A stretch of 63,695 nt of DNA, filler included, from Reclinomonas americana ATCC 50394 (lineage: Eukaryota): NCBI GenBank assembly GCA_048213135.1. It is 6 parts of 3 records of this genome, joined end to end, with 100 filler letters (N's around TTAATTAATTAA, not from the genome) between each part and the next. Parts side by side here need not be neighbours in the genome. Positions count along the whole stretch, not along the records: positions 1 to 13,474 come from PS015089.1; 5 more parts are not named here. One strand, written 5' to 3'. Both the position numbers and the translations under genes were made by a program. Below are positions 1-10,719 of the stretch, in pieces (within the stretch, counting starts at the first letter, position 1; every line of letters begins with the position of its first letter). Under the pieces are notes generated by a model, which had not been told where the DNA came from, searched no databases, and saw only the letters and a program-made list of their open reading frames with translations.

Positions 1-208
1 GTCCTCCCGTCGTTCGTCGCATCTTACTCTCTTCTTCCCCCCCCCTCCCCTCCTCTCTCTCTCTCTCGCTCCCTGCCTCCTGCTGATGTTGATTTTCTTT
101 TTCACTTGCTGCACCCCAGTGTCTTCCTGTTTCTTCTTTCCGTCGCTCTCATCTTGGCACTCTGTGTATCTGTGCTTCTATTGTGACTGACTTGTGGCCT
201 CGTGCAGC

Positions 209-3200
209 TCGACGGTGGCACTACCAGAGACGCTCCTCTGGCAGATTGCGTGCGACGTGGGCAACGGTCTGTTGGCGCTGCATGAAGTGGGCGTGGTCGC
301 GTGCAACGTGTGCCCCGCCAACATCAAGTCCGACGAGCAGGTAGAGTTGCTTGTGTGTCACAGCTATCCATGTTCAATCCACGTACAACTAACGCGACGC
401 AGATGGGTTTCTTGGTGAGCAACTATGCGCTGTGCCACTTGACAAACTGTGGGCAGGATGTGTCGGAGAGGCTGGGGTATGTGGTGGCGTCCTCGCTCCT
501 TGATGGTGCATGCACTTACGTCATCGTTGCTCACTTGTATAGAGAGGTGCCGTATCTGGCGCCCGAATTGGTGGCCTGTGTGTATGAGAGGCGGCCGCTG
601 GAGACACCACCAGTGTCATTCGTTGCGCGCTCTTTTCCCGACAAGGTGGTGCAAGTCATCAACTCAACTCCTCTGTGCTCTCATGCAGAATTGCGATTCG
701 TGGTCATTAGGCGCCCTTCTACTGGAGCTCATGTGGGGATCCTCGCTACTGATGACACACGACACCGACGGTCGCATGAGTGGGTCGGCGGGTGGAGGAG
801 CGGCGTCGGCCAGTGCAAAAGGCGGAAAGCATCGCAGGTTTGCTTGCTGGTGGCATGCACAAGGCTGGCCTTTGACAAACAAAATCTTTGTCGCAGTGAT
901 GCCAGTGGATCACAATCACAGCGCCCACGCACATTCGCGCCGCTGCTCCTCTACCAACATATTGAGACGCTGGCAATGGAGATTGGCAAGATCTCGGAGA
1001 CCGACGAGGCACGCGCGGTGAGTGACCGGGTTGTTGCTCCACAGCTATACGGACCTGGTTTCACCTTGTGTGTTTCACAGGCCACATATCTCCTGTCCAC
1101 TGCTGAACGTGTGCGTGTGGCCAAGATCCGCGAACTCTTCTCGCCCGCACTGCGCCAGCTCGTCGCCGGAATGGTGGTCATGATGCCTCATGTACGCGCC
1201 TCGATGCTGGTGGCTGTGCGCACCGCTGCGCGTCACGTGCATCCCCGGCGGTGTACACCGCGCCGTATCCTCTGCGATGTTGCGTGGGTGATGAGGAAGG
1301 ATAATCTCCTTTGCTCTCTTCGGCTTTCTTCGTTTTCCACTTCATTTCTGATCTGCTTGCTTGTTTTCACCTCTGGTATGTCCTCTTTCTATCTCTTTAT
1401 TCTTCGCCATCTTGCACTCGTTATCACTACCGTTCCGATTGCTAGTCCTGTAGCTTCTCCGTTTTTGCGCCGTGCTTTGTCTGCTCTCTTTTTCTATCTT
1501 CCTTTATCATGTGTATTTCTGCACTCTCTTGCTTCTTCTTCTTCTTCTTCTNNNNNNNNNNNNNNNNNNNNAAGAGGGGAAGGGGAAGAGGAGGTGAAAG
1601 CATTGCAGTGAGAAGGAGAAGCAAATGTAGACGACAATCATGTGATGAAGAAGAGAGCAAGATGACAGAGAGGAAATAAACAGTAAGTGTAAAGGGGGAA
1701 ATGGATTGCAGCGAGAAGGAGCGGAGAAAGGGAGAAACAAACAAAGAAAAAGCGATTGTGGGAAGTGAAGAAGGAAGTGAGTGAAAAGGAAAACAGGAGA
1801 TATCGGAGAAGGAATACACACTAAGGGAAAGGGGAGAAAGGACTGCAGCGAGAAGGTGAAGAGAGAATGATATCAGGGAGAGAAAAAGGCGAAGACACTG
1901 GGAGAGAAGCAAACGATGAGAGTAGAGAGGACGATGACAGAGAGAAGAGTAAGCACCATGAATCGAGAAGGGAGGCGAGAAGAAAAAGAATGAAAACAGG
2001 CAAGGAGAATAGAGAGTGAAAATGGTGAGAGGGAGGGAGAGGGCGAGAAAGAGACGAANNNNNNNNNNNNNNNNNNNNCCCCTCCCCTCCCCCTCCCCCT
2101 CTTCCCCTTCCCCTTCTTCCCCCTCCCCTTCTTCCCCCTCCCCCTCTTCCCCCTCACCCTCCTCCTCACTTCTCCCTTTCCTTTGCCTGTTTCACAGGCC
2201 GTCTCCCGCGAGGTCACTCGCTCGAACATCTCCAAATCACCCGAGGTCCTGCGCCCATACTGGGAGACCGCCCTGCGCTACCACAAGCGCATGTCACGCT
2301 TCATCAACGCCCTTTCGCCCTCCTCCTCCAGCACCTCCAGTTCGGCCGACTCGGGGCGCCAGACCAGCGACGAGGTGCTGAGCGGCTCCTTTACCACGCT
2401 CTGCGTGCTGTTGTGTGTGGAAAAGGTACACGGTTCTCTCAGCCAGGCGAGTCTTCTTCTCCTCGTATGTCTCTCATTGCTCCTCTGTCTGCAGTCCCTC
2501 GCACTCAACTCGAAACGGCGGGAGGATCTCGGCAAGGCGCTGGTCGAGGAGATTGAGCGACAGACGCTGGTGGCGTTGCCGACTGTGGACGACGGGGCGT
2601 TTGTGGTGTGCTCCGAGGCCTCTGCGCTCTTTCGTGCCGGTGGTGCGTTGGTGCTCTCTGTGCTGTGTTCCCTTTGTGGAAGTTGCTCATTCGTCGTGAT
2701 CGCAGGCGTCCAACGCGATCCGTTTCGCGTCTTTTCGATGCCCGTCGAGGTCGTGTGCCCGCACTCGTGGAGACAGCAGAGTGTCGGCACCGCACTGGAG
2801 GGCATGCGCAGCGAGAGCCCATTTACACCCAACAGCTCCGGCTACTCTGAGCCTCTGCTCACCACGCCCGTGTCGCGTCGCCATCGAAATGTGCTGGTGC
2901 GTGTTCTCTTGGTGTGGCGCTTTGTGTGCATCGCCATTCCCACGTGCTCCATACTCGCAGAAACACGTCGGCGTACTGCAAGATGTGCTGTCGGAGAGTG
3001 AACTCGATCCAGACAAGGAGGATCGGCGCGTGCGACGCATGCGTGAGTTGCTCTTTCGACTGCCGCACAGCGAACCGGAGATCCTCGCCGAAGTGCAGCA
3101 GTTGCGAGGCAGTCGAGTTGTGGAAGAATCCCTCTTCTCAAGCGCTCACTGCGTACCGCCACAGGAATGGAATTCCCAACATTTTGCGTGGCGAGGTGTG

Positions 3201-4865
3201 GTGCGTGCTGCTGGGCGTGATTCACGACCAGTCGGTGAAGGCGGCATACGAGTCCATGGACCTCACGCAGTCGACATCCATCGATCGGCAAATCCTCGTG
3301 GATATTCCTCGTTGTCATCAGGTGTGTGCTTCGAGAAGATGGTGATTTGGTGCTCCTTCCTGACTGTTGCGTTCACCTGCACAGTATCACTCGCTCCTCG
3401 GCAGCAAGGAGGGACGACAGAAGCTGGAGCGAGTCGTCAAGGCGTGGTTCCTCACCGACAAGGGCATGGTCTACTGGCAAGGTGCGGTGTTGGCACGTAA
3501 ATTGTCACTTTTTTGTCTTCCTAATATTGTGCATTGTTGTAGGTCTTGATTCGCTGTGTGCCCCGCTGCTGGCCCTCAATTTCCACTGCGAGTTCCGAGC
3601 GTATGCGTGCCTGGTGTCGCTGGTCAATCGGTACGTGTGCACTCTGCAGAATTGTGAATGCACAGTGGCCTCATGGTCGCCTCGACAGATTTGTAAAGAA
3701 ATTCTTCGTTTCCGAGACCACGTACCCGATGAAGCAGCACTTGCTCGTCTTTATGAAGGTGAGTTGTGTGCTCTTGTGCACGTTGATGGAAAACCCTTCT
3801 CACATCCTCAGCAGATGATGCTGTATCATGATCCGGAGCTGGCACACCACTTGCTCAGCATCGAATTCCATCCCGAGCTGTACGCCATTCCTTGGTTCCT
3901 CACTCTCTTTGGCCGTTGCGTCGGCTGTGCACAATTGAGTAATTTCCCTCCTTACTCACAGCATTCGTGCAGATGTGCTGCCACTGGAGAAGATCTACAG
4001 ATTATGGGACGTGCTCCTGCTGAAACCACCATCGTGGCCTCTGTGTCTGGCCATTTGCTTCGTGCAGCAGATGCGGACAGAGTTGTTGCAGGCGGATCTC
4101 AGTTCGAGTGTGCATTTCGTGGCCTACATGCAGGTACGTGCACGCTGTGCACCAGCCTTGGAGACTACCAACTTACGCACTCGTGATTCCAGGATATCGA
4201 CATTGCGTCGTCGATTGACAAGGCCAACAGCATTGCGGACAAGACGCCGTGGTCGGTGTTTGATCCGAGTGTCTTCAAGGTGCGTTGCAATGCCGCGAGT
4301 TTGCTTGACCGTGCCAGCCGAGTGACACGTGCACGACAGCCGCGCCACGGGTACTCGCCAACCCCAACCGAAACCGAGTACTCCATCAACAGCGCGGAGA
4401 TCACACTGGAGGATGCACAGCGCCTGATTCCCACCGTCACCGTGGTGTGCGCGCCCGGTCACGTCGCGATTCCCGAGCAGTGCGTCTGCGTGATGCCCGG
4501 TGCTTTCCCCCACCCTCACTCGACGCTGATGATTCGCTTTTTTGTGATGCACGCAGACTCGCCAGTGCCTCGTCGGTGCGAGTGCACGAGTGTGTCGACT
4601 TTCTGGAGACGCTGTCTGCCAAGAGAGGACTGCCGCTGGTGGTGCTCGCCGAGGATGCCAGTGTGGCGCAAGAGGTCGGTGGAGAGAGTGTGGTTCTCTT
4701 CTTATTTACGTGTCTATCGCTGATGAGTGAGAAACACAGGTGGCCCACCTACTCACCAAGGCCAACTTCCCGTACGTTTCAGTGCTTCGGTTGCGCACGA
4801 ATCCAGCGGTGGGTCCGTCGGGGGTGTGGCCGCCGTCGCCAATACCTTCAGATCGAGAGGAATGA
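209..4865 (+). CDS. TBCK: TBC domain-containing kinase-like protein (pseudokinase + TBC Rab-GAP + rhodanese-like C-terminus), multi-exon, 5' end outside window
   Basis: Kinase-like exons LLWQIACDVGNGLLALHEVGVVACNVCPANI and PYLAPEL. TBC motifs GIPNILRGEVWCVLLG, IDRQILVDIPRCHQ, VYWQG|LDSLCAP and YHDPELAHHL...[27 protein letters not shown]. C-terminal AHLLTKANFPYVSVL. Exons join via GT-AG introns; stop TGA at 4863-4865. Confidence 0.9.
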
Positions 4866-5962
4866 ATGACGTCTCGACTTGTTGGCATGGTGGTTTCACA
4901 GTGGGTGGGTACAGTGCTCACTCGGAGAGGTGCCCGGTGCAGCGCGTGTTGCTTCATTGAGCGGCGTGTACGCGAAAGGTTGTATGGGAGGGAGGGAGAC
5001 AGAGAGATAGAGAGAGAGAGAGAGAGAGAGGGTGGGGAGTGGAGGGACGGAGAGCGAAAGTGATCGAGAGACTAAGAGTTTCACAGGAGTGCGCACACCC
5101 CGTTGCCGGAACCCTCGCCGTGTCGGCTGCCAGACATCGGCGTGAAGGCTGAATTCGAGACGACACGTCCATTCGGAGTGTAGCACACAAGCCGGTCGTG
5201 CGTGCCAGACGGCTCAATGGGCCACCCGCTTGTGTTGTCGAATCCAGGCTGGCCCGGACCAGAGGGAACGTCTTTGATCACTCGACATTTGACGGACGAT
5301 TCAAACGCAGTCGCCTGGCGAATCGTGGGCTTCTCCCCGCCTGTTTGATGGAATGAGCGCAAGCGGTTCGCAAGAGTTCGATCGAGATGACAAATCACGT
5401 ACTTTTCTTTCGCTCGGACATTGTGCAACAAAAGAGTCAATAATGCGTGTTCGGTCGTCAGGAGTATTATCGTGCCGTCATGCGCCAGCTGGCGTGTACG
5501 GAGTCTATTTTGAGGGAAGTTTGCTCATTCTCGCAACATCTGGATCAGAAGCAGGTGTCTAACACGCACAGCGGAAACACACTGATTTAGCAATGGCATA
5601 CATCAACAAGCAATCAGGCGCGCTGTGCGGCTCACTCGGCCCGCCGAGGGCCGGCTGGCCCTTTATCTCGTATAGGCATTGACTGTGGAATCACAAGGAG
5701 TCGCCTGCCAAGTTACGGGCTTCTCGCCACCTGTTTGACCAAGAGTATTCTCATTTTCTCATCATCAGAAATGCACGCAACTTGTGCCAATTCTTTGTCT
5801 GGTCTGGAGGGGTGTTAACAGGCTGTCATGTGCCACGGCTGGCGTGCACGGGCATGTGCCACGGCTGGCGTGCACCGGGCTGTTCGAATGTTCGGTTTCA
5901 AGGTTATATATTTAGGGTTGCTCCCGACAGAAACCACACCAACTATCTTTCTCAGCATCTTC

Positions 5963-6121
5963 ATGAGCGGAGACAAGCCAGCGATCCAGGGTGTCCCAAG
6001 TGGCGTTCGAGCAACCTACGGCAACGAATCTCGACGCGTCTACGTGGAGGCCGCTCGCGGCGAGTACGTTGCAGGAGTCGAGTTCAATCCCTCGGGAGGA
6101 GGAATCTGCAACCTCTTGTGA
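5963..6121 (+). CDS. Putative 52-aa small protein ending in a CaaX prenylation motif (GGGICNLL*)
   Basis: Intronless ORF MSGDKPAIQGVPSGVRATYGNESRRVYVEAARGEYVAGVEFNPSGGGICNLL* with a TATATTTA box at ~5906-5914 upstream. No recognised homolog. Confidence 0.45.
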   Translation: MSGDKPAIQGVPSGVRATYGNESRRVYVEAARGEYVAGVEFNPSGGGICNLL

Positions 6122-6424
6122 CAGTTCCACTCTATTTTTCCAGTCCATTCGTTTCTACCCCCTCGTCCTCATGTGTCTTCGTCTTCTCTTGCATGATCAC
6201 GATCGTGAATGAAAGTAAGATGAAGAAGTCGACGTCCACGTGCACTGACACTTGATAGTCGCTACTCGCGAAGGGCATGCACGTGCAGTCGGTGAGAGGG
6301 TTTGTGACCAACCATGCCCTCTAAGGCCGTATAGGTGTCAAGCAAGGAAGTTTGCAATGTACGCGCGCCACATATTACACATGTACAGTACCCGTAGGGT
6401 CTACCTATTATTCATCTTGTTGAC

Positions 6425-6863
6425 ATGAGAGTGATTGGTGCGCTCTCCGGCACCTCCGCTGACGGCATCGACGTGGCAGTGTGTGACATTGAGGAAGTGC
6501 CTCGTACAGACGAGTTGCGTCACTCGCAAAGACAACAGTCACACACACTCTCTCACTCTCACACTCTTTTTCTCTGTCTGTCTGCAGTGACCGGGTGGGA
6601 GTCTCGTTGCGCGTGGTGGCCTCGGATTGTGTGCCTTTTGCGCCCGAGTTGCGCAGTCGCATCTTGGCTGCGTGTGCAAGTGAGTGGCGGGGAGTTGTCA
6701 TGTCGGAGAAATGACTGAGAGAGGAGAGAGAGAGAGAGAGAGAGAGAAGAGAGGAAGGGGGAGAGAGATATGCAGCAAGACAGGCAGGCAGGCAGCAGAA
6801 AGTGAGTGAGGGAGAATGACACACAGAGAGAGATAGAGGGACTGCGAGAGACTGAGAGAGAAA

Positions 6864-6894
<31 letters not shown>

Positions 6895-7879
6895 GAGGCG
6901 AGACAGAAAGAGGGAGAGGGATGCAGCAACACAGGCAGAGTCGGGAGAGAGTGACAAAGTTTAGGAACGAGAATGAAAGAGAGAGAGAGCGAGCGAGCGA
7001 AGCAGACAGACAGGCAAGCAAGCTGACTAACAGCGAGAGACAGAGAGACACAGACACCATGCAACCCTCCCACTCGCTGCTCGTGCCTCAATTCTCCTTC
7101 TCCTCCCTTTCTCCCCTCCCTTTCTCCCCATCTTGCAGACCGCTGCGACACCCGCGAGCTCTGCCGCCTCAACTTTGACATTGGCCGTGCCTTCGCCGCC
7201 GGCATTGCTCACGTGCTCCAACAGCACCACGTGGAGATGAGCAGCGTGCATGCCGTTGGCACTCACGGACAGACAGTGTGGCACGAGGTTGGCGACGATG
7301 GCGTGGTCGACTCCACCCTGCAACTGGGCGAGGCCGCCGTGCTGGCCGAGGTCTGCAACGTCGGCGTGTGGAGCGATTTCCGCGTGGCAGATGTGGCCGC
7401 TGGTGGGTGCGGGGCACCGCTGACTGCCACACTCGACGAGTACTTGTTCCGTCCGGTGGCAGGGGCGGCAGGTTGGCGCGCGCTGCAGAACATTGGAGGC
7501 ATCGGCAATGTCACCTTTCTGAGTGGCAGCAGTGGCGATGCTGCTGCTGCTGCGGTGAAGGCGTTTGACACGGGACCTGGCAATGTGCTGATTGACGGTG
7601 CGGTGCGCCTGGTGACGAACGGAGCGGCCGCGTATGATGTGGACGGGGAGCGGGCGTCGCGTGGCCGCCTGCTGAATCCTGTCATTCGGCAGTTTGTAAA
7701 GGAACACGATGCGTTCTTTGCGCAACCGCCGCCCAAGACCACGGGAAGGGAGCGATTCAGTGAGGAGGTGGTGGCTCGCATCGTGCAGCAGTGCCGTGAG
7801 TTCGATCCGCACTGCACCGACGACGATGTGATCAGCACGGTGACGCAGTTGACGGTGGTGCGGAAAAAACACAGAGATG

Positions 7880-7920
<41 letters not shown>

Positions 7921-9352
7921 NNNNNNNNNNNNNNNNNNNNNNNNNNNNNNNNNNNNNNNNNNNNNNNNNNNNNNNNNNNNNNNNNNNNNNNNNNNNNNNN
8001 NNNNNNNNNNNNNNNNNNNNNNNNNNNNNNNNNNNNNNNNNNNNNNNNNNNNNNNNNNNNNNNNNNNNNNNNNNNNNNNNNNNNNNNNNNNNNNNNNNNN
8101 NNNNNNNNNNNNNNNNNNNNNNNNNNNNNNNNNNNNNNNNNNNNNNNNNNNNNNNNNNNNNNNNNNNNNNNNNNNNNNNNNNNNNNNNNNNNNNNNNNNN
8201 NNNNNNNNNNNNNNNNNNNNNNNNNNNNNNNNNNNNNNNNNNNNNNNNNNNNNNNNNNNNCTCACCCCCTCACCCGCAGTGGTCCATCGCGGACGCCTAC
8301 CACCGCTTCGGCCCACCGCTGGACCAACTCACCGAAGTGATTGTGCACGGTGGCGGTGCACGCAACTTGGAGCTCATGCGACGCCTGCGCGAAGCTCTGC
8401 CCGCATCGCGGGTGGTGAGCATGAGTGACGCCGAAATGTCGACACGAGTGGTCGGCATGGACGGCGACAACAAGGAGTCGTGTCTGTTTGCGTTGCTGGC
8501 GTTCCTGGCCGCACGTGGACTGCCAGTTGCGGCGTCGTGTTGTGCTTTCTCTTCGATACAGATGGCTCATTTGCTGCGCAGGGCAATGTTCCGAGTGCCA
8601 CGCACGCTTCGGGTCCACGCATCCTCGGCAAGTACTCGCCGCCACCCCGATTATCGCCGTCCAAACTGGTGCTTCTGAAAGGCTTGCCTGCCACGGGCAA
8701 GACGACACTGGCGCACAAGGTAGCGGAGATCTCTTGTGCGCTTACCACACACGCCAACTCATCTTTACTTTGTGTGTCAGCTGGCGGAGCATCTCGGCGC
8801 TGTACTGGTCTGCAAGGACGATGTGCGCGACGTGTTGAGTGTGATGGACGCGCGGTTGAATGCTTCCTTGCCGCCCGGTTCGCCAGTCGTGGACACCAAT
8901 GACGAGTGCTACGTGCGTTTCACAATCTTGCCTTTAGAGCGTTTCCGTTAACTCACCTGACTCGCCGCGTCTCGCAGCACGTGGTCTTCAAACTGATGGA
9001 GAGCAATCTTCGCCTGGGCCACACGGTTCTGCTGGACTCGCCCATGATGCGTGGCGAGTTGTACGAGAGGGCGGTCTCCTTGCTGTCAACATGCTGCGTG
9101 TCTAGTGCGCCACCGGCAGTCGTCGAGTGCATCGTGTCTGACGTGGACGAGTGGCGACGGCGTGTGGAGGCGCGACGCGGCCATCCGCACAAGCCGCACG
9201 AATGGTCTGCCATGGAGCACCTCATGCAGCGGGATGTGCCGTACGATTTCGTGCCCGGCAGCTGTCATGTGGTGATCGACACTGTGTCTGACGACGATTC
9301 AGTGGACAAGGCCGTGCAGCAAGTCATGGCACAGTTGCGCGACAGCACGTAA
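6425..9352 (+). CDS. anmK: Anhydro-N-acetylmuramic acid kinase (AnmK/levoglucosan kinase family) fused to C-terminal P-loop NTPase/kinase (AAA_33-like), multi-exon
   Basis: AnmK motifs IGALSGTSADGID, GTHGQT, DFRVADVAAGGCGAPL, QNIGGIGNVT, FDTGPGNVLID, PKTTGRERF, GGGARN, KESCLFALLA and GNVPSAT. These continue within one exon into LVLLKGLPATGKTTLA (Walker A), then KDDVRD, VLLDSP and VVECIVSDVDEWRRRVEAR..HKP..W. Stop TAA at 9350-9352. One intron contains an N gap (7921-8260). Confidence 0.9.
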
Positions 9353-9541
9353 ACATTATTGGTAATTGAGTTTCATTTGTTGTATCTCTTTTCTTGTGTC
9401 TTGTCACGTGGTGATCGACACTGTGTCTGACGACGATTCAGTGGACAAGGCCGTGCAGCAAGTCGTGGCACAGTTGCGCGACAGCAAGTAAACATTATTG
9501 GTAATTGAGTTTCATTTTGTATTGTATCTCTTTTCTTGTGT
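9263..9541 (+). repeat. Tandem duplication (~139-nt period, 2 copies) of the last codons, stop and 3' flank of the AnmK fusion gene
   Basis: tgtca(t/c)gtggtgatcgacactgtgtctgacgacgattcagtggacaaggccgtgcagcaagtc...taaacattattggtaattgagtttcattt occurs from ~9263 and again from ~9402 with few differences. Confidence 0.95.
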
Positions 9542-9614
9542 GTTTTTTGATTCGTGTTTCGACGGTCGGCACTTCTTTGGCGTTGCACGTCCACACATAC
9601 AATTTGTCGTTTAG

Positions 9615-10687
9615 TTATTGTGCCGCAGATGCTTGCGGCACCCGGCGGCGCTTCCGCAACGGCGAGGAATCGCCACTCTCTTGTTCCGCCTCTCCAGGCT
9701 CCTCCCTGCCTCGTTTCTGCCAGAAACAAGACCAACGGTGAGACAACCTGTTGCCACTCGCGCAAGCACGCACAACCGACACACCTTTTTGTTGGCGGCC
9801 TGCAACAACAGCTCCGACAGCGAGCCCAGACGAAAGTCCACCGACGGCGTTCGCTGTCGATCGAGACTCATCGAGCTGGCAGCAGCCGCAGCCGCAGCCG
9901 CAGCGGCGGCAGCAGCAGCGGCGCCACTTCCACTTGCTCCACTGACGGCGGCGTGACCGTTTGTCGCGCTCGGCGGGTGCAGCGGCGGACGACCGGTCTC
10001 TGCCGCCGCAGCAGTAGCAGCAGTTCGATGTCTGTTGTGCATGCCCAGACGCAGTTCGTGCTCTTCGCCGTCCGGCGAGGTGATAATGGTGCTGGTGCGT
10101 CCCCAACCGCCTGGCGGCAATGCCTCCTAGAATGCATACACAACTGAGCACTCCAGGCAATTGTCGTCACCTCGCCACTGTGTGCGCTCTCACCTTGACA
10201 TGGCCTCCCTCCCGTGGCGACAGCGGAGGCGATAATTTGCTCCACTTCGGTGTCGGCAGTGAATCTGCCGAAGGCGTGCGCGCCACCGGTGGAGGTGTGT
10301 TGTGAGCAGTGGAAGGCATGAGCGGATCGTGAGGCCGCGCCTCCAGCGGTGGTGATCCGAGTGGCACGCTGCCGACGCCGCCATTGGCCGCGCGATGAGC
10401 AGCATTGCTTGCAATCGAGCGCACCGGAAGCTGCAGGGAGCAGAAGCGCAGTTCCCTGGTGGGATCAGCGCTGTGTTGGCGCTGTGATGATGGGGAAAAG
10501 AGATGAGTAAAAATAAAGGGAAGAGTGTGCAGCACTACTCGGTTTTGACGAACCACACGCGCCGAAAACGTGCCACAGAACGAGGCACGGTGCTCGCTCA
10601 AGTCGCCCGAACGCGGCTTGGCGGGCTGTTCACCGGATCCCGAGCCACCAGAACCATGCTGCGGCTGCGACTGTGTCAGTTGTTGTG

Positions 10688-10719
<32 letters not shown>

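Noticed and set aside
6425-9352. anmK as bacterial contamination
   Set aside because: It contains multiple host-type spliceosomal introns, including a GA-microsatellite intron, and is contiguous with eukaryotic genes.
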